A stretch of 64,000 bases of DNA from Gammaproteobacteria bacterium (GCA_965238175.1 CBDEGZ010000003.1:896001-960000), one strand, 5' to 3'. Counted from the stretch's first letter, positions 50,626 to 63,093 are shown. Translations and numbers: made by a program. Notes: generated by a model not told the origin, from the sequence alone.

Positions 50626-51851
50626 TGTAGAAGTTTAGACCCAATCTGACACATCACTAAATCAAGCGGAGCGTAGCGACGCTTGATTTAGTGAGAGTTA
50701 CCCGCTTTGATGTAACTGCAACGTAAACATCAAAACACAAAGAGGTAACTCTCATGATTCATACTAATGACAAAGTTATAAAACATAAAGTTGGTCTACT
50801 CAATCTCGCTGAAGAACTCGGCAATGTCTCAAAAGCCTGCAAGATGATGGGTTTGTCCAGAGATACATTTTATCGCTACAAAGAAGCGGCTGATGAAGGC
50901 GGTGTAGAAGCCTTGTTTGATCGTAATCGGCGTACCCCAAATCTTAAAAACAGAATCGACCCGGCTATTGAAACCGTTGTGCTCGAGTATGCACTGGAAG
51001 AGCCCGCACATGGTCAAACGCGCACCAGTAACGAGCTGCGCAAACGGGGAACATTTGTCTCACCCAGTGGCGTTCGTTGTATCTGGCTTCGTCATGGTCT
51101 TGCTTGCTTTAAAGATCGCCTGAAGGCATTGTCTGATAAGGTAGCTGGTGAAGGCTTGATCCTCACTGAGTCTCAAGTCGCGGCGATGGAACGCAAAAAA
51201 GACGACGATGAGGCTTGTGGCGAGATAGAGACGGCACACCCTGGTTATCTTGGCTCGCAAGATACTTACTATGTCGGTACTTTCAAAGGCATTGGTCGGG
51301 TTTATCAACAAACGTTTGTTGATACTTACAGCAAGGTCGCTCACGCGAAACTGTACCCGACTAAAACACCGATTACGGCAGCTGACATGCTCAATGACCG
51401 CGTCCTCCCATTCTACGAAGAACAACGTTTGCCTATGTTGCGCATTTTGACAGATAGAGGGACGGAGTATTGTGGGCGAGCTGACCAGCATGATTATCAG
51501 CTTTATATGGCGTTGAACAATATCGAACACACCAAAACCAAGGTCAAATCACCTCAGACGAATGGTATTTGTGAGCGATTCCATAAGACGATCCTCAATG
51601 AGTTTTATCAAGTCGCTTTGCGTAAGAAAATTTACCAATCGATTGATGAACTGCAACTCGACCTTGACGAATGGTTGCTCAAATACAATACTCAACGAAC
51701 TCACCAAGGCAAAATGTGCTGCGGGAGGACGCCGATGGAAACACTCATCGACGGACAAGCTATCTGGAAGGAAAAGTTTGTGAATTAAACTTAACCTGAC
51801 AGTCGGTTACTGATAATTGGGTAACTGTCAGATCAAATCTGAATTTCTACA
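50626..51851 (+). mobile_element. IS481-family insertion sequence, copy 2
   Basis: Same 1226-bp element as 5730-6955; one synonymous change seen; no target duplication. Confidence 0.93.
50754..51788 (+). CDS. IS481-family transposase
   Basis: Protein identical to that of 5858-6892. Confidence 0.93.
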   Translation: MIHTNDKVIKHKVGLLNLAEELGNVSKACKMMGLSRDTFYRYKEAADEGGVEALFDRNRRTPNLKNRIDPAIETVVLEYALEEPAHGQTRTSNELRKRGTFVSPSGVRCIWLRHGLACFKDRLKALSDKVAGEGLILTESQVAAMERKKDDDEACGEIETAHPGYLGSQDTYYVGTFKGIGRVYQQTFVDTYSKVAHAKLYPTKTPITAADMLNDRVLPFYEEQRLPMLRILTDRGTEYCGRADQHDYQLYMALNNIEHTKTKVKSPQTNGICERFHKTILNEFYQVALRKKIYQSIDELQLDLDEWLLKYNTQRTHQGKMCCGRTPMETLIDGQAIWKEKFVN

Positions 51852-51963
51852 GGTTAAGTAATAATAACCAAAGGGGCACATATTTATGTGCATCTTTTTT
51901 GTTTATCTTTCTACGTTATACTGATTTTGTAGGCCGTTACAATGGCACACAATTAATGCCCAC

Positions 51964-52385
51964 CTATTCGAATTTATACTTAATCAACTCACTATACTCA
52001 TCCATAAAATTAAAATACTGTCTATCATGGTTGATATAAATGCCCCACGTCCCATCTGTTTCAACTAGGGCGCCGACGCTCATAAACATTCTAGGATCAG
52101 TAAGATACTCGTAGGCATTCTTACATAACGCATCGCTATTAAGGTAAGAAACTTCTCTTTCTTCTATAGAAGATGTTCGATCTTCCCAATTTGATGTATA
52201 TAATTTTAAACATACACTTACTATCACTGTAACGATAGCTCATAATAGCCGACCCGCCGCCTTCACTAATCCAAGTAAAACCCAAAAGATTCCTCTCTGA
52301 CTGATAAAATAAGAGCAGCAAAAACCACTGAAATTATACCCAGCGTAATAAAGATTACCCGATATAGATATTGTTTAAATTTCAT
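51964..52385 (-). pseudogene. Frameshifted hypothetical membrane-anchored protein
   Basis: Three short overlapping ORFs (MKFKQYLYRVIFITLG..., ...FTWISEGGGSAIMSY..., ...YTSNWEDRTSS...) appear to form one gene with two frameshifts. Confidence 0.4.
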
Positions 52386-52603
52386 ATTAGTACATATCAA
52401 CTTCAACGGTGGGTGAAGTATGTTTGTATTTCGGTAGCATTTTGAATCGTCATTAACGAAGGTTAAGTCGTTCACCAGAACGCTTCGCTTTTTTATCAGT
52501 TTTCAAACATATTTCAATCAAGTACATCCGTTTAAACTGTCAAGTTTAGAGGTCAGCTTAACGATAGCGTAAACCGACTTGCGAGAGCTTGATATAATAC
52601 GAA

Positions 52604-53854
52604 TCAAGCTTGATTAAATTGAAAATAACTATCCCAAATTTGATCTAATTTTATTCTCGCATCGGCAAGTGGAACAACGGAAATTTGATCGTTATGCAAT
52701 TTGATTAATTCCAAATCCTCTAGTTTTCTAAGTGCATCGCTAATCTCGAAATTTAATGCGTGTTGATACTTTTTTTGAAACCATTGTTCTATTTGGTGAT
52801 CAAGTTGTTCCGCATTGATATTTTTGTCTGAGCGTAATAAAAAATAATAGGCGAGAATGGCTTCTTTACATTCCTCTTCTTCAGCAGCATCAATCAGTTG
52901 ATGAAAAACACCGGTGTTATTATCTAAATTTTTGAAATAAAGATTGTCTGCAAGCGTCTTCATGAATTTGATCTTGCGGTTTTTAAAATTACTAAATTGT
53001 TTCCACAAGAAAGCGCCGAGTGTTCCGAAGCCAGCCACTAGCGCTAGTAAAGCGGCTTGATCAAGCACGACAGGTTCATGATGTAGTCCGAACCAGAAAG
53101 CCAATAATGATCCAGTCAATATAAGGGTTGCCCCTAATTTTGTTGCAAGCATAATTATTCCACCGACAGCGGCAGGTATACCGATGATCAATTTGTCGAT
53201 GGTTTTCATTTTTACTTCCGTGTTTGGGAAAAGCATTTCAAGATCTGATCGAGGAATATTCTGGAACAGTTTTATCGTGGTTGATCCTGGTTTGAAAAAT
53301 AAGTCTTTTCGTTGCTGCTGATCAAAATATTTCTGTTCTTTATACTTCACATAGATCACAACACGATCATAATTTATAAACGAAATGAGTTTCTTTTTTA
53401 ATCCAAAAAAACTCAGTAAGGTTTCGTGCTTTTCTGATTCACCACGTCGAAAAAAGAGTACTTGTTCAAAATCATCAAAATCAACATTCAAACGGATCTT
53501 GAAAAGAGACTCTTCTAGTAAGGCACGATCTAAATCTTCTTGGGTAATGATTTCAAAATTAGCCGCATCTAATAATTTTTTTAATTCTGAAATTAAAACC
53601 TTCTCCATTTTGTTTCTTTGATCGCTGGATTTTTTGTAAACAAGTTTCGTATCCGCATCTGGGTTAACGGGTGCGTAATTATCTTTCAGAAGTTCAAGGC
53701 TTTTGTGAAATTTAAAATGGAAGATACTTTCAAGGAGTTTGCAGACATCCTGAAATTTCAGAAGATCTTGTGCCGATAAATGAGCCTCTTCGCAGCACAT
53801 CGAAACAATGTCAGATTTTCGATAGGGAATAAAACGTTGTTTGCTTTCAGTCAT
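52604..53854 (-). CDS. DUF3754/TMEM143-family membrane protein
   Basis: FIPYRK, KLFQNIPRSDLEMLFP, LYFKNLDNN and EEECKEAILAY. Confidence 0.8.
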   Translation of the reverse strand: MTESKQRFIPYRKSDIVSMCCEEAHLSAQDLLKFQDVCKLLESIFHFKFHKSLELLKDNYAPVNPDADTKLVYKKSSDQRNKMEKVLISELKKLLDAANFEIITQEDLDRALLEESLFKIRLNVDFDDFEQVLFFRRGESEKHETLLSFFGLKKKLISFINYDRVVIYVKYKEQKYFDQQQRKDLFFKPGSTTIKLFQNIPRSDLEMLFPNTEVKMKTIDKLIIGIPAAVGGIIMLATKLGATLILTGSLLAFWFGLHHEPVVLDQAALLALVAGFGTLGAFLWKQFSNFKNRKIKFMKTLADNLYFKNLDNNTGVFHQLIDAAEEEECKEAILAYYFLLRSDKNINAEQLDHQIEQWFQKKYQHALNFEISDALRKLEDLELIKLHNDQISVVPLADARIKLDQIWDSYFQFNQA

Positions 53855-53883
53855 TCTTTTGGATTCAAGCTGGTCAGAGTTCC

Positions 53884-55299
53884 TTACAGATGCAATGTCC
53901 TTCCGTCAACGCTCAAAGAGGCTTCATGCATGGCTTCTGATAATGTTGGATGTGCGTGAACAGTTCTGGCGATATCTTCGGTACTTGCTTCAAATGACAT
54001 CGCGAGTACAGCCTCACTGACCAATTCTGAGGCATTCGGGCCAAAGATATGAACACCGAGTAATTCATCGGTTTCAGCATCGCCGATCATTTTGATCAAT
54101 CCTGCAGTTTCGTTCATTGCGCGAGCGCGTCCGGTTGCGGCAAATGGAAAACTGCCGACTCGAATCTTCCGACCTTCTGCTTTTAGTTGTTGTTCTGTTT
54201 TCCCGACCCATGCAATTTCTGGCCAGGTGTAGACTACCCATGGAATATTATCGTGGCTAAAATCAGGTTTTTGACCATCGATCAATTCCGCGACCGCAAC
54301 GCCTTCTTCCATCGCTTTATGCGCGAGCATGGGCCCGTGGATCGCATCACCAATCGCAAAAACATTTTCCAAGTTGGTGCGGCATTGCTCATCGGTTTCG
54401 ATGAAACCACGCTGATCAACTTTTAAACCAACTTGATCAGCATTGAGACCTTCAGTATTTGGTTTTCGTCCGATGGCAACAATCAGTTTATCTACTTCCA
54501 AATTGCGGGATTCACCATTCTGATCGTACTGAACTTTTACCTTTCCATTGGCTTTTTCACAGCGGGTCATTTTTGCGCCGAGCTGAATATCTAATCCTTG
54601 TTTGATCAAATTCTTTTGGGCTTCTTTTGCGATATCATGATCTGCCGCTGCCATGAAATCATCCATGGCTTCGATGACGGTTACTTTTGAGCCAAGTCTG
54701 CGCCAGACGCTACCGAGTTCTAAACCAATGACACCAGCGCCGATCACACCCAATGTTTCCGGGACTTCAGCAAAAGATAAGGCACCCGTTGAATCAACAA
54801 TTTGATCATTATCAACAGGCGCGGGTGGTAATACCGCCGGAACAGATCCCGTCGCAATGATTATTTTTTTCGCGCTGACAGTTTGAATTTGATTATCAAT
54901 AGCTTTGATCTCAATTTCTGAATTTGATCGCAAGCTACCGGTGCCTTCCAATAGAGTGATATTGTGTTTTTTGAATAAGCCAGCAACACCCATTGTCAGG
55001 ATCTGGACAATTTTATCTTTACGCTTAAGCATTTTGCTGACATCCATTTGTGCGTTTTCAACAGTGATGCCGTGATCTTTTGCGTGTTTGTTAATGTCTT
55101 CAAAATGGTGTGATGAATCAAGCAATGCTTTCGATGGAATACAGCCGACATTGAGACAGGTTCCGCCGAGTACCGTCTTGCTTTTATCGCTTTGCCATTT
55201 TTCGACACAGGCGGTTTTCATGCCGAGTTGAGCACAACGAATAGCGGCAACATAACCACCGGGACCACCACCAATTACGACCACATCATAATTATCCAT
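53884..55299 (-). CDS. lpdA: Dihydrolipoamide dehydrogenase (E3)
   Basis: GGGPGG, GGTCLNVGCIPSK and HAHPTLSE. Confidence 0.96.
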   Translation of the reverse strand: MDNYDVVVIGGGPGGYVAAIRCAQLGMKTACVEKWQSDKSKTVLGGTCLNVGCIPSKALLDSSHHFEDINKHAKDHGITVENAQMDVSKMLKRKDKIVQILTMGVAGLFKKHNITLLEGTGSLRSNSEIEIKAIDNQIQTVSAKKIIIATGSVPAVLPPAPVDNDQIVDSTGALSFAEVPETLGVIGAGVIGLELGSVWRRLGSKVTVIEAMDDFMAAADHDIAKEAQKNLIKQGLDIQLGAKMTRCEKANGKVKVQYDQNGESRNLEVDKLIVAIGRKPNTEGLNADQVGLKVDQRGFIETDEQCRTNLENVFAIGDAIHGPMLAHKAMEEGVAVAELIDGQKPDFSHDNIPWVVYTWPEIAWVGKTEQQLKAEGRKIRVGSFPFAATGRARAMNETAGLIKMIGDAETDELLGVHIFGPNASELVSEAVLAMSFEASTEDIARTVHAHPTLSEAMHEASLSVDGRTLHL

Positions 55300-55331
55300 C
55301 TTTGTTCACCCACCTTAATTTTGTATCTTAG

Positions 55332-56573
55332 TTAGATCTCAAGAAACAGCATGGCTGGATCTTCTAATTGTTTTTTGATCGACACCAAAAAAGACACCGC
55401 TTCACGGCCGTCAATGATTCGATGATCATAAGATAATGCAACAAACATGACAGGTCGGATCACAACCTGGTTATTTTCTGCAACAGGACGATCTTGTATT
55501 GCGTGCATACCTAAAATCGCACTCTGAGGAGGGTTAATAATCGGTGTTGATAACATTGATCCAAATGTGCCGCCATTGGTAATAGTAAAAGTGCCGCCAG
55601 TCAGATCGTCTAATGTTAGATTAGAGTTTCTGGCTTTATCACCAAGCTCGCGTATTTCTCCTTCAATTCCAGAAAAGGATATTTGATCCGCATCACGAAT
55701 TACGGGTACGACCAAACCTCTGGGTGAGCTGATCGCGACGCCAATGTCGTAAAAGTCGTGATAGACGATATCTTGATTTTCAATCGATGCATTGATCAGC
55801 GGAAACTCTTTTAATGCATTGATCGCTGCTTGCACAAAAAATGGCATAAAGCCTAAACGATAACCATATTTTTCTTCGAATTTAGGTTGGATTTTTGTGC
55901 GTAGTTGTTTAACCGCATTTAAATTGATCTCATTAAATGTGGTCAGAATTGCATTTTCAGATTGAGCAGATAATAAACGCTCGGCCGCGCGTTGACGTAA
56001 GCGACTCATCGGTACGCGCCGTTCTTGTCTTTCTGTTACGGGTGGATTATCTTTTTGAGAAATAAAGCTGGCTTCAGTGACATTTGTTTCAGAGTGAGAT
56101 GGTGAATTTTTTATTTCTTCGTTTTGTTTTTGCAGATGGGTTTGCACATCGGATTTTGTAATTCGACCCTCTTTACCACTACCTTCAATTTTATTCGTAT
56201 CAAGACCTTTTTCTGTAATTAATTTGCGTACAGCAGGGCCTGGAGCAGGCGTTGTTTTAGATGATAGCTCTGGTGTTTCTTCATTAAGAATTTCTATTGA
56301 TGTTTTTTGGACATGTTTTTGATCGGGCATTTCAGCATCGGTATCAATAATCGCCAGAATATCTCCGGCGACAACAATATCGCCTTCACCTTTTATGATT
56401 TCTTTAATGATGCCATCGTTTTGTGCAGCAACTTCCAGGGTGACTTTATCTGTTTCCAGATCAATTAAACTTTCACCCCGTTTGATGAAATCACCGGGTG
56501 ATTTCTGCCATTCGAGTAAAGTGGCATCCGCGACGGATTCTGCTAAAGCCGGTACTTTTATTTCTTCTAACAT
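55332..56573 (-). CDS. sucB: 2-oxoglutarate dehydrogenase E2
   Basis: Lipoyl domain ETDKV; DHRIIDG; ATG 56573 overlaps the sucA stop. Confidence 0.95.
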   Translation of the reverse strand: MLEEIKVPALAESVADATLLEWQKSPGDFIKRGESLIDLETDKVTLEVAAQNDGIIKEIIKGEGDIVVAGDILAIIDTDAEMPDQKHVQKTSIEILNEETPELSSKTTPAPGPAVRKLITEKGLDTNKIEGSGKEGRITKSDVQTHLQKQNEEIKNSPSHSETNVTEASFISQKDNPPVTERQERRVPMSRLRQRAAERLLSAQSENAILTTFNEINLNAVKQLRTKIQPKFEEKYGYRLGFMPFFVQAAINALKEFPLINASIENQDIVYHDFYDIGVAISSPRGLVVPVIRDADQISFSGIEGEIRELGDKARNSNLTLDDLTGGTFTITNGGTFGSMLSTPIINPPQSAILGMHAIQDRPVAENNQVVIRPVMFVALSYDHRIIDGREAVSFLVSIKKQLEDPAMLFLEI

Positions 56574-59356
56574 TATTGATCCAGTTTCAGTGCTTCTTTG
56601 ATTATAACTTCTTGTTGTTTGATATGTTTGGAAAGATAACCAACCGCAGGCGACGCTGAATAAGGTCTGGCGATACAAGTTAATTGATGATGGCTATCTA
56701 CGGCTCCAGACAGATGTGATCGACCTAATAAATAAAACCAGCTTCCCTGATTGACCGGTTCTTCTTGAATCCATACTACCTCTTTAGCATTTGGGTATTT
56801 ATCAATTATGGTCTCTACTTCCGGTTTTGGAAATGGGTACAGTTGTTCAATTCGAAGAATAGCAATATCGTCAATCTGGTGAGAACGCCGAGCTTCGAGT
56901 AGATCGTAATAGATCTTGCCACTACAAAATAATAAGCGTGTGATGTTGTCTTTATTCAGTTCATCTTTTTCATCTAAAACGTATTCAAATTGTCCATGGG
57001 TAATGTCTTCTACTTCGGAGACAGATAACTTATGGCGTAACAAACTCTTCGGTGTCATGACGATCAATGGCTTGCGGTATGGACGCAGGATCTGACGACG
57101 GATCATATGGAACATTTGTGCCGGTGTGCTCGGAATGCAAACCTGCATATTGTCTTCAGCACAAAGTTGTAAATAACGCTCTAGTCGAGCAGAGGAATGT
57201 TCGGGGCCTTGGCCATCATAACCGTGTGGCAAGAACATAGTCAGGCCACAATGGCGGCCCCATTTTGCTTCACTGGAAGATATAAATTGATCAATAACAA
57301 CTTGTGCGCCGTTGGCAAAATCACCGAATTGGGCCTCCCAGATAACAAGTGCATCTGGCTCAGAGCTGCTGTAACCAAATTCATAAGCAAGAATGGCTTC
57401 TTCAGAGAGAATCGAATTGATGATCCGGAACTTCGCTTGATCAGGTTTTATATGCTTGAGTGGGACAAATACGTCACCAGTATTCATATCGTGGATAACT
57501 GCATGACGATGTGCAAATGTGCCGCGTTCGCTGTCTTGCCCTGATAATCTGATCGGGTAACCAGCTTCAACCAGACTGGCATATGCGAGGCTTTCAGCAA
57601 AGCCCCAGTCCATATTAATCTCTCCTGCTGCCATTAATTGACGATTACTGAGGATCTTTTTCACGCCACGATGTGTCGTAAAGCCGGTTGGTAAGGTGGT
57701 TAACTTTTCGCTCAATAGATCTAAATGAGATTTACTGATGGTCGTTGCTACTTCATCTCGCCAGTTTGTGCCTATATAAGGGTGGAAATTGGTTTTAAAT
57801 TCTTCTTCCCCAAGCGCACATAGTTGCTGGCCTGCGACAGGCTCATTTCTTTCCAGGGAAGCAATATAATTTTCTTTCATCTCACTGACTTGTTCCGACG
57901 TAACAACTTCTTCATTGACTAATTTGGTCGCATAAATTTGTCGTATATTTGGACGGTTTTTGATCTTTTGATACATCAATGGCTGGGTAATCATCGGTTC
58001 ATCTGCTTCACTATGGCCATGCTTTCTATAGCAGATCAAATCGATAACAATGTCTTTATTGAATTCTTGACGATAAGCGAATGCGAGCGAGCCTGCGTAA
58101 ACAACAGCTTCTGGATCATCACCATTGACATGAATGATTGGTGCCTGAACCATTTTTGCGACATCTGTGCAATATAGAGTTGAGCGTGAATCAAGCGGAT
58201 CGCTTGTCGTGAAGCCAATCTGATTATTGATCACGATATGAACGGTGCCGCCCGTTGCGTAACCTCGCGTTTGAGACAGGTTGAAGGTTTCCATGATCAC
58301 GCCTTGTCCTGCAAAGGCAGCGTCGCCATGGATCAAAACAGGCATTACCTGATCTCTTGCTATATCGTGCCGTCGATCCTGACGAGCTCGAACAGAGCCT
58401 TCGATGACAGGATCAATTATTTCCAAATGTGAGGGATTAAAGCCTAAAGTCAGGTGTACAGGCCCGTGGAGCGTGTCGATATCTGAAGAGAATCCCTGGT
58501 GATATTTGACATCGCCGGTTCTCGATTCGGTATCACCTTTGCCTTCAAATTCATCAAATAGATCGGCGGGTTGTTTGCCTAAGGTGTTGACAAGAACATT
58601 GATTCTGCCTCGATGAGCCATACCAATAACAAGCTCTTTCACGCCATCTTCTGCGGAGTCTTGTATGATGTTATTCAGGAGTGGAATAAGGCTTTCCCCA
58701 CCTTCTAGAGAGAATCTTTTTTGGCCGACATAACGACTATGAAGATATTCTTCGAGCGAACTTGCTGCGACGATTCGTTCGAGTATTCGGCGTTTTTTCT
58801 CAAAGGTGAATCCAGGGTTGCCACGATCAACCTCAAGACGTTGTTGTAACCAACGTTTTTGAGATGTTTCATTTATGTGCATGTATTCAATGCCGAGTGT
58901 TCGGCAGTAGGTTTTTTGCACAATATCGACAATTTCTCTTAAGGTTGCTTGTCTGATCCCTTGTAGTGAACCGGTATTGAAAACGGTGTCCATATCGGAC
59001 TCCGAGAGATTGTGATAGCTAGGTTCTAGCTCAGGTACTTCGGGGCGTTCATAGAGCTGTAACGGATCTAAATTTGCTCGTCGATGGCCACGGAAACGGT
59101 AAGCATTGATCAGTTGTAAAACAGATACTTGCTTACTAGCGTGACTGGCTAGTGCTTCATCAGAAAGCACTGCTTTAGGGTTGGTTAAGTTGGGCTTAGT
59201 TTCACTTTTTCCTAAGTCGGTTTTTTGTGATTCAGCTGCAGTGTTTTGAACAAAATACGTTTTCCATTGACTATCAACAGCATTGGGATTGTCTAAATAG
59301 ACTTCGTACAACGCCTCAATGTAGTTTATATTGTTACTGTTCAGGCACTTTGCCAT
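56573..59356 (-). CDS. sucA: 2-oxoglutarate dehydrogenase E1
   Basis: [23 protein letters not shown] and [11 protein letters not shown]. Confidence 0.97.
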   Translation of the reverse strand: MAKCLNSNNINYIEALYEVYLDNPNAVDSQWKTYFVQNTAAESQKTDLGKSETKPNLTNPKAVLSDEALASHASKQVSVLQLINAYRFRGHRRANLDPLQLYERPEVPELEPSYHNLSESDMDTVFNTGSLQGIRQATLREIVDIVQKTYCRTLGIEYMHINETSQKRWLQQRLEVDRGNPGFTFEKKRRILERIVAASSLEEYLHSRYVGQKRFSLEGGESLIPLLNNIIQDSAEDGVKELVIGMAHRGRINVLVNTLGKQPADLFDEFEGKGDTESRTGDVKYHQGFSSDIDTLHGPVHLTLGFNPSHLEIIDPVIEGSVRARQDRRHDIARDQVMPVLIHGDAAFAGQGVIMETFNLSQTRGYATGGTVHIVINNQIGFTTSDPLDSRSTLYCTDVAKMVQAPIIHVNGDDPEAVVYAGSLAFAYRQEFNKDIVIDLICYRKHGHSEADEPMITQPLMYQKIKNRPNIRQIYATKLVNEEVVTSEQVSEMKENYIASLERNEPVAGQQLCALGEEEFKTNFHPYIGTNWRDEVATTISKSHLDLLSEKLTTLPTGFTTHRGVKKILSNRQLMAAGEINMDWGFAESLAYASLVEAGYPIRLSGQDSERGTFAHRHAVIHDMNTGDVFVPLKHIKPDQAKFRIINSILSEEAILAYEFGYSSSEPDALVIWEAQFGDFANGAQVVIDQFISSSEAKWGRHCGLTMFLPHGYDGQGPEHSSARLERYLQLCAEDNMQVCIPSTPAQMFHMIRRQILRPYRKPLIVMTPKSLLRHKLSVSEVEDITHGQFEYVLDEKDELNKDNITRLLFCSGKIYYDLLEARRSHQIDDIAILRIEQLYPFPKPEVETIIDKYPNAKEVVWIQEEPVNQGSWFYLLGRSHLSGAVDSHHQLTCIARPYSASPAVGYLSKHIKQQEVIIKEALKLDQ

Positions 59357-59562
59357 TCGATCAGTTCCTGCGAATTGGTTTCAAAGATTAATACCGATTT
59401 AACGACTTAAAAACAGATTATGCTATACTTACGCGTTTTACCAATGCCAATTATCACAATAATTATTACATTATTTTTTATATTGCGTTAGCAATTACAA
59501 TACCAGTTTGCTTGGTGAGTTAAGGCTACGAGACAACTATAATATATCGCTGGAGTATTTTA

Positions 59563-60864
59563 ATGACATCTGAGACAGTAACCATAACGGATAATTCAAC
59601 AGGGAAGACGATTGAATGCCCAATTCTTAAAGGAACGTATGGAGCACCAGTTATTGACACTGCGGCACTCTATAAAGAGTTGGGAATGTTCACTCTTGAT
59701 CCCGGTTTTACGACAACGGCGAGTTGTCGTAGTGCTATCACTTACCTTGATGGTGAACAAGGTATCTTGCTGCATCGTGGATATCCCATTGAGCAGTTAG
59801 CAGAAGAAAGCTCATTTCTGGAGGTTTCTTATCTACTACTACATGGTGAATTGCCAACTACAACTGAATTTGCAGAATACGAAGGTAAGATCAAACAATA
59901 CAACATGGTGCATGAGCATTTGATGCGCTTTTTCAATGGTTATCGTTATGACGCACATCCAATGTCGATCATGGTGGGCGTCACAGGTGCAATGGCTTCT
60001 TTCTATCACGAACAAGTAGATGTAAAAGACCCGGAAGATAGAATGAAGATCGCGATGCGTTTGATCGCTAAGATGCCAAATATTGGTTCTAAGGTTTATA
60101 AACATGGGGTTGGTGAGCCGTTTATCTATCCCGATAATTCATTGGGTTATATCGAAAATCTAATGAACATGATGTTTGCTATCCCTTCTCAGCCTTATGA
60201 GCTTCATCCAAAAGCAGTCTCTGCACTTGATCAATTGATGATTTTGCATGCAGATCACGAACAAAATGCCAGTACGTCAACGGTACGTCTATCAGGTAGT
60301 TCAGAAGCAAATCCACTAGCTGCAATTTCTGCAGGCATTTCAACACTTTGGGGTAAGGCTCATGGTGGTGCTAACGAAGCTGTTCTGGAAATGCTCGAAG
60401 AAATTGGAGATGTGAAGAACATTTCTAAGTTTATCGCTCGTGCAAAAGATAAGAGTGATAACTATCGCCTAATGGGCTTTGGACATCGTGTCTACAAAAA
60501 CTTTGATCCTCGTGCGACAATTATTAGTAAAGCCTGTCACGAAGTGCTGGATGATATGGATGAAAACTCAGAACTACGTCCATTGATGGAAATTGCGATG
60601 GAGTTGGAACGAATTGCACTGGAAGACGAATACTTCATCGAGCGTAAGTTGTATCCAAATGTTGATTTTTACTCAGGTATAATCCTGCGCGCATTGGGTA
60701 TTCCAACAAACATGTTCACAGTATTCTTTGCAATGGCACGTTCTGCAGGATGGATAGCAAACTGGCATGAAATGATGGGAGATTCAGATTTCCGAATTGG
60801 CCGTCCACGTCAGCTTTATACGGGTTCAGCAACACGTGATTATGTGGCCATGGATAAACGTTAA
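59563..60864 (+). CDS. gltA: Citrate synthase (type II)
   Basis: [18 protein letters not shown] and YPNVDFYSG. Confidence 0.97.
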   Translation: MTSETVTITDNSTGKTIECPILKGTYGAPVIDTAALYKELGMFTLDPGFTTTASCRSAITYLDGEQGILLHRGYPIEQLAEESSFLEVSYLLLHGELPTTTEFAEYEGKIKQYNMVHEHLMRFFNGYRYDAHPMSIMVGVTGAMASFYHEQVDVKDPEDRMKIAMRLIAKMPNIGSKVYKHGVGEPFIYPDNSLGYIENLMNMMFAIPSQPYELHPKAVSALDQLMILHADHEQNASTSTVRLSGSSEANPLAAISAGISTLWGKAHGGANEAVLEMLEEIGDVKNISKFIARAKDKSDNYRLMGFGHRVYKNFDPRATIISKACHEVLDDMDENSELRPLMEIAMELERIALEDEYFIERKLYPNVDFYSGIILRALGIPTNMFTVFFAMARSAGWIANWHEMMGDSDFRIGRPRQLYTGSATRDYVAMDKR

Positions 60865-60937
60865 AATCGCAGTTAATAGCCAACATTAAATTAAACTTTT
60901 TTGTAGGTATTTATCTTGCTGGTAGTTAATGTTCTAG

Positions 60938-60969
60938 AGGCATCTCACTCAAAGTGAGGTGCCTTTTTT
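60938..60969 (+). terminator. Rho-independent terminator after gltA
   Basis: AGGCATCTCACT-CAA-AGTGAGGTGCCT followed by a T tract. Confidence 0.8.
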
Positions 60970-61001
60970 ATTAAGCGAAAGTTTAGGGGAGAGGATTGAT
61001 T

Positions 61002-61982
61002 ATGAAAAAACCTGTTCAGGTGGCAGTTACGGGTGCAGCTGGTCAAATAGCGTATTCAATATTATTTCGAATTGTTTCAGGTGAGATGTTGGGACCGGAT
61101 CAACCAGTAGTTTTACGGTGTCTTGAAATCACTCCAGCCATGCAAGCGCTAGAAGGTGTTGCGATGGAGATTGATGATTGTGCATTTCCATTATTAGAAG
61201 GGCTTGTGCTTAGCGATGATCCAAACGAAGCATTTAAGGGTGCTGACATTGCGATGTTGGTCGGTGCACGACCACGTGGACCAGGGATGGAGCGTTCTGA
61301 TCTGCTGGAAGCTAATGGCGGAATATTCAAAATTCAGGGTGAAGCCATTAACGGCAATGCTAATAGTGATGTAAAAGTTGTCGTAGTTGGTAATCCTGCA
61401 AATACTAATGCCCACACGGCAATGCGTTTTGCACCGGATCTAAACCCGCATAATTTTACCGCCCTTACACGACTTGATCATAATCGCGCTCTTTCGCAAT
61501 TGGCTGCAAAAACGGGAAGCAGTACGCGAGATATTAGAAAGATGACGATCTGGGGAAATCATTCCACAACTCAATATCCTGATATCAGCCATACAACAAT
61601 TGCTGGAAAAGCGGCAAAAGATCTTGTTGATCAGGCCTGGTATGCCGATGAATATATTCCACGCGTTGCTAAACGTGGTGCGGAAATTATTGCTGCAAGA
61701 GGTGCATCCAGTGCTGCATCTGCTGCAAATGGTGCGATCGAACATATCCGTGATTGGGTTCTAGGAACGCCTGAAGATGATTGGACAAGCATGGCTGTTC
61801 CAAGTGATGGTAGTTATGGTATCCCAGAGGGACTGATGTATTCATTTCCAGTACGTTGTAAGAATGGTGGTTATGAAATTATACAAGGGTTAGAAATTGA
61901 TGAATTTAGTCAAGCGAGAATGGATCTAACCCAGAAAGAGCTAGAAGAAGAACGTGATGCGGTTAAAGAACTGATTGGGTGA
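61002..61982 (+). CDS. mdh: Malate dehydrogenase
   Basis: [19 protein letters not shown] and WGNHS. Confidence 0.96.
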   Translation: MKKPVQVAVTGAAGQIAYSILFRIVSGEMLGPDQPVVLRCLEITPAMQALEGVAMEIDDCAFPLLEGLVLSDDPNEAFKGADIAMLVGARPRGPGMERSDLLEANGGIFKIQGEAINGNANSDVKVVVVGNPANTNAHTAMRFAPDLNPHNFTALTRLDHNRALSQLAAKTGSSTRDIRKMTIWGNHSTTQYPDISHTTIAGKAAKDLVDQAWYADEYIPRVAKRGAEIIAARGASSAASAANGAIEHIRDWVLGTPEDDWTSMAVPSDGSYGIPEGLMYSFPVRCKNGGYEIIQGLEIDEFSQARMDLTQKELEEERDAVKELIG

Positions 61983-62212
61983 GCAAAATCTTTTGTCCAG
62001 TGGACAAAAGATTTTGCGAACGAGCGGCAAGGATGCCGTGCCGGAGAGATCCACCATGGATGGTTAGTATTACAAAACTGAAAAGAATGACTAGAGATAA
62101 TGTTATTGGAAAAAATATTGTCCAGTGGACAAAAGATTTTGCGAACGAGCGGCAAGGGTGCCGTACCGGAGAGATCCACCATGGATGGTTAGTATTACAA
62201 AACTAAAAAGAA
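61983..62212 (+). repeat. Tandem 95-bp direct repeat (period 125) with a perfect 17-bp-arm palindrome
   Basis: 61993-62087 vs 62118-62212 with 3 mismatches; GCAAAATCTTTTGTCCA-G-TGGACAAAAGATTTTGC at 61983-62017. Confidence 0.9.
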
Positions 62213-62292
62213 CGGTGTTTCTTACCGTTACCTGGAAAGATTATTTGTACGTTCTGGTTCATAGGATATTATTCAGAAAAAACTATATTTCA

Positions 62293-63093
62293 CTATAGTG
62301 AAGTTACGGCTGTTGTTTCAGTTGATGTTGCAGTCTCGGTATTGGCCATCCAATAACCTGCCCCCATAAACAGGCTGCCACCAATAATATTACCTAACGT
62401 AACCCAAAGAAGGTTATGTCCCATACCCACTAACGAGATGCTTTCAGGGTGCTGGCTAAGCAGGGCGATTGATAATAAGGTCATATTTGCAACGCTATGT
62501 TCAAAACCACTGGCAATGAATGCAAGCAAACACCAGAAGATAGCAATACACTTTGCCACTTCATTCCTTAGTCGTGCTGCCATCCATAATGCAAGGCAGA
62601 CCAGCCAATTACATAAGATAGCTCGGGAAACAAGCTCTATTACAGTGGAGTTCATCTTATAATCTGCGACCTTATGTAATAAGCCTACCCCTCCATGTAA
62701 TAACTCACCACCACCACCGGCGACAAAGATCAAGGCGAGTATGACTGAGCCGGTCAGATTCCCTATCCATGCGGCTACCCAAACTTTTCCCAAATCAACA
62801 AGCGTTGTTTTCTTTTTGAGCCAGCCGAAGACCATATACATGGTATGGCCGGTAAAGAGTTCAGAGCCAGCAAAGACCACGAGTGTCAGGGCTATGCCGA
62901 ATGTGGCACCCATAATTAATTTCTGAAAAGCCACGGGCACTTGTCCCGCAGTGCTAAAGATTAAAATAATTCCAAGCCCAACATAAGCACCTGCCATCAT
63001 TGCTCCTATTAAAAAAGCTAATGGAGAATTTCTGACTGCAGTTGCTTTTTGATCTGCAACATTAGAAAAATAATTGATTGTTTCTTTGTACAT
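62293..63093 (-). CDS. nirC: Formate/nitrite transporter, NirC type
   Basis: GSELFTGHT, CNWLVCLA and FEHSVANM; ATG 63093 (MYKETIN) preferred. Confidence 0.9.
   Translation of the reverse strand: MYKETINYFSNVADQKATAVRNSPLAFLIGAMMAGAYVGLGIILIFSTAGQVPVAFQKLIMGATFGIALTLVVFAGSELFTGHTMYMVFGWLKKKTTLVDLGKVWVAAWIGNLTGSVILALIFVAGGGGELLHGGVGLLHKVADYKMNSTVIELVSRAILCNWLVCLALWMAARLRNEVAKCIAIFWCLLAFIASGFEHSVANMTLLSIALLSQHPESISLVGMGHNLLWVTLGNIIGGSLFMGAGYWMANTETATSTETTAVTSL

Noticed and set aside
48470-52600. Integron cassettes targeted by an IS1111-attC element
   Set aside because: No convincing RYYYAAC...GTTRRRY attC pairs flank the small genes.
59357-59562. No sdh genes between gltA and sucA
   Set aside because: Ordinary gene-order variation; no remnant is visible.
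61979-62206. 75-aa ORF after mdh and its antisense ORF
   Set aside because: Both are translations of the tandem repeat.
61983-62212. Possible CRISPR array
   Set aside because: Only two long (95-bp) units, no repeat-spacer periodicity and no cas genes in the window.
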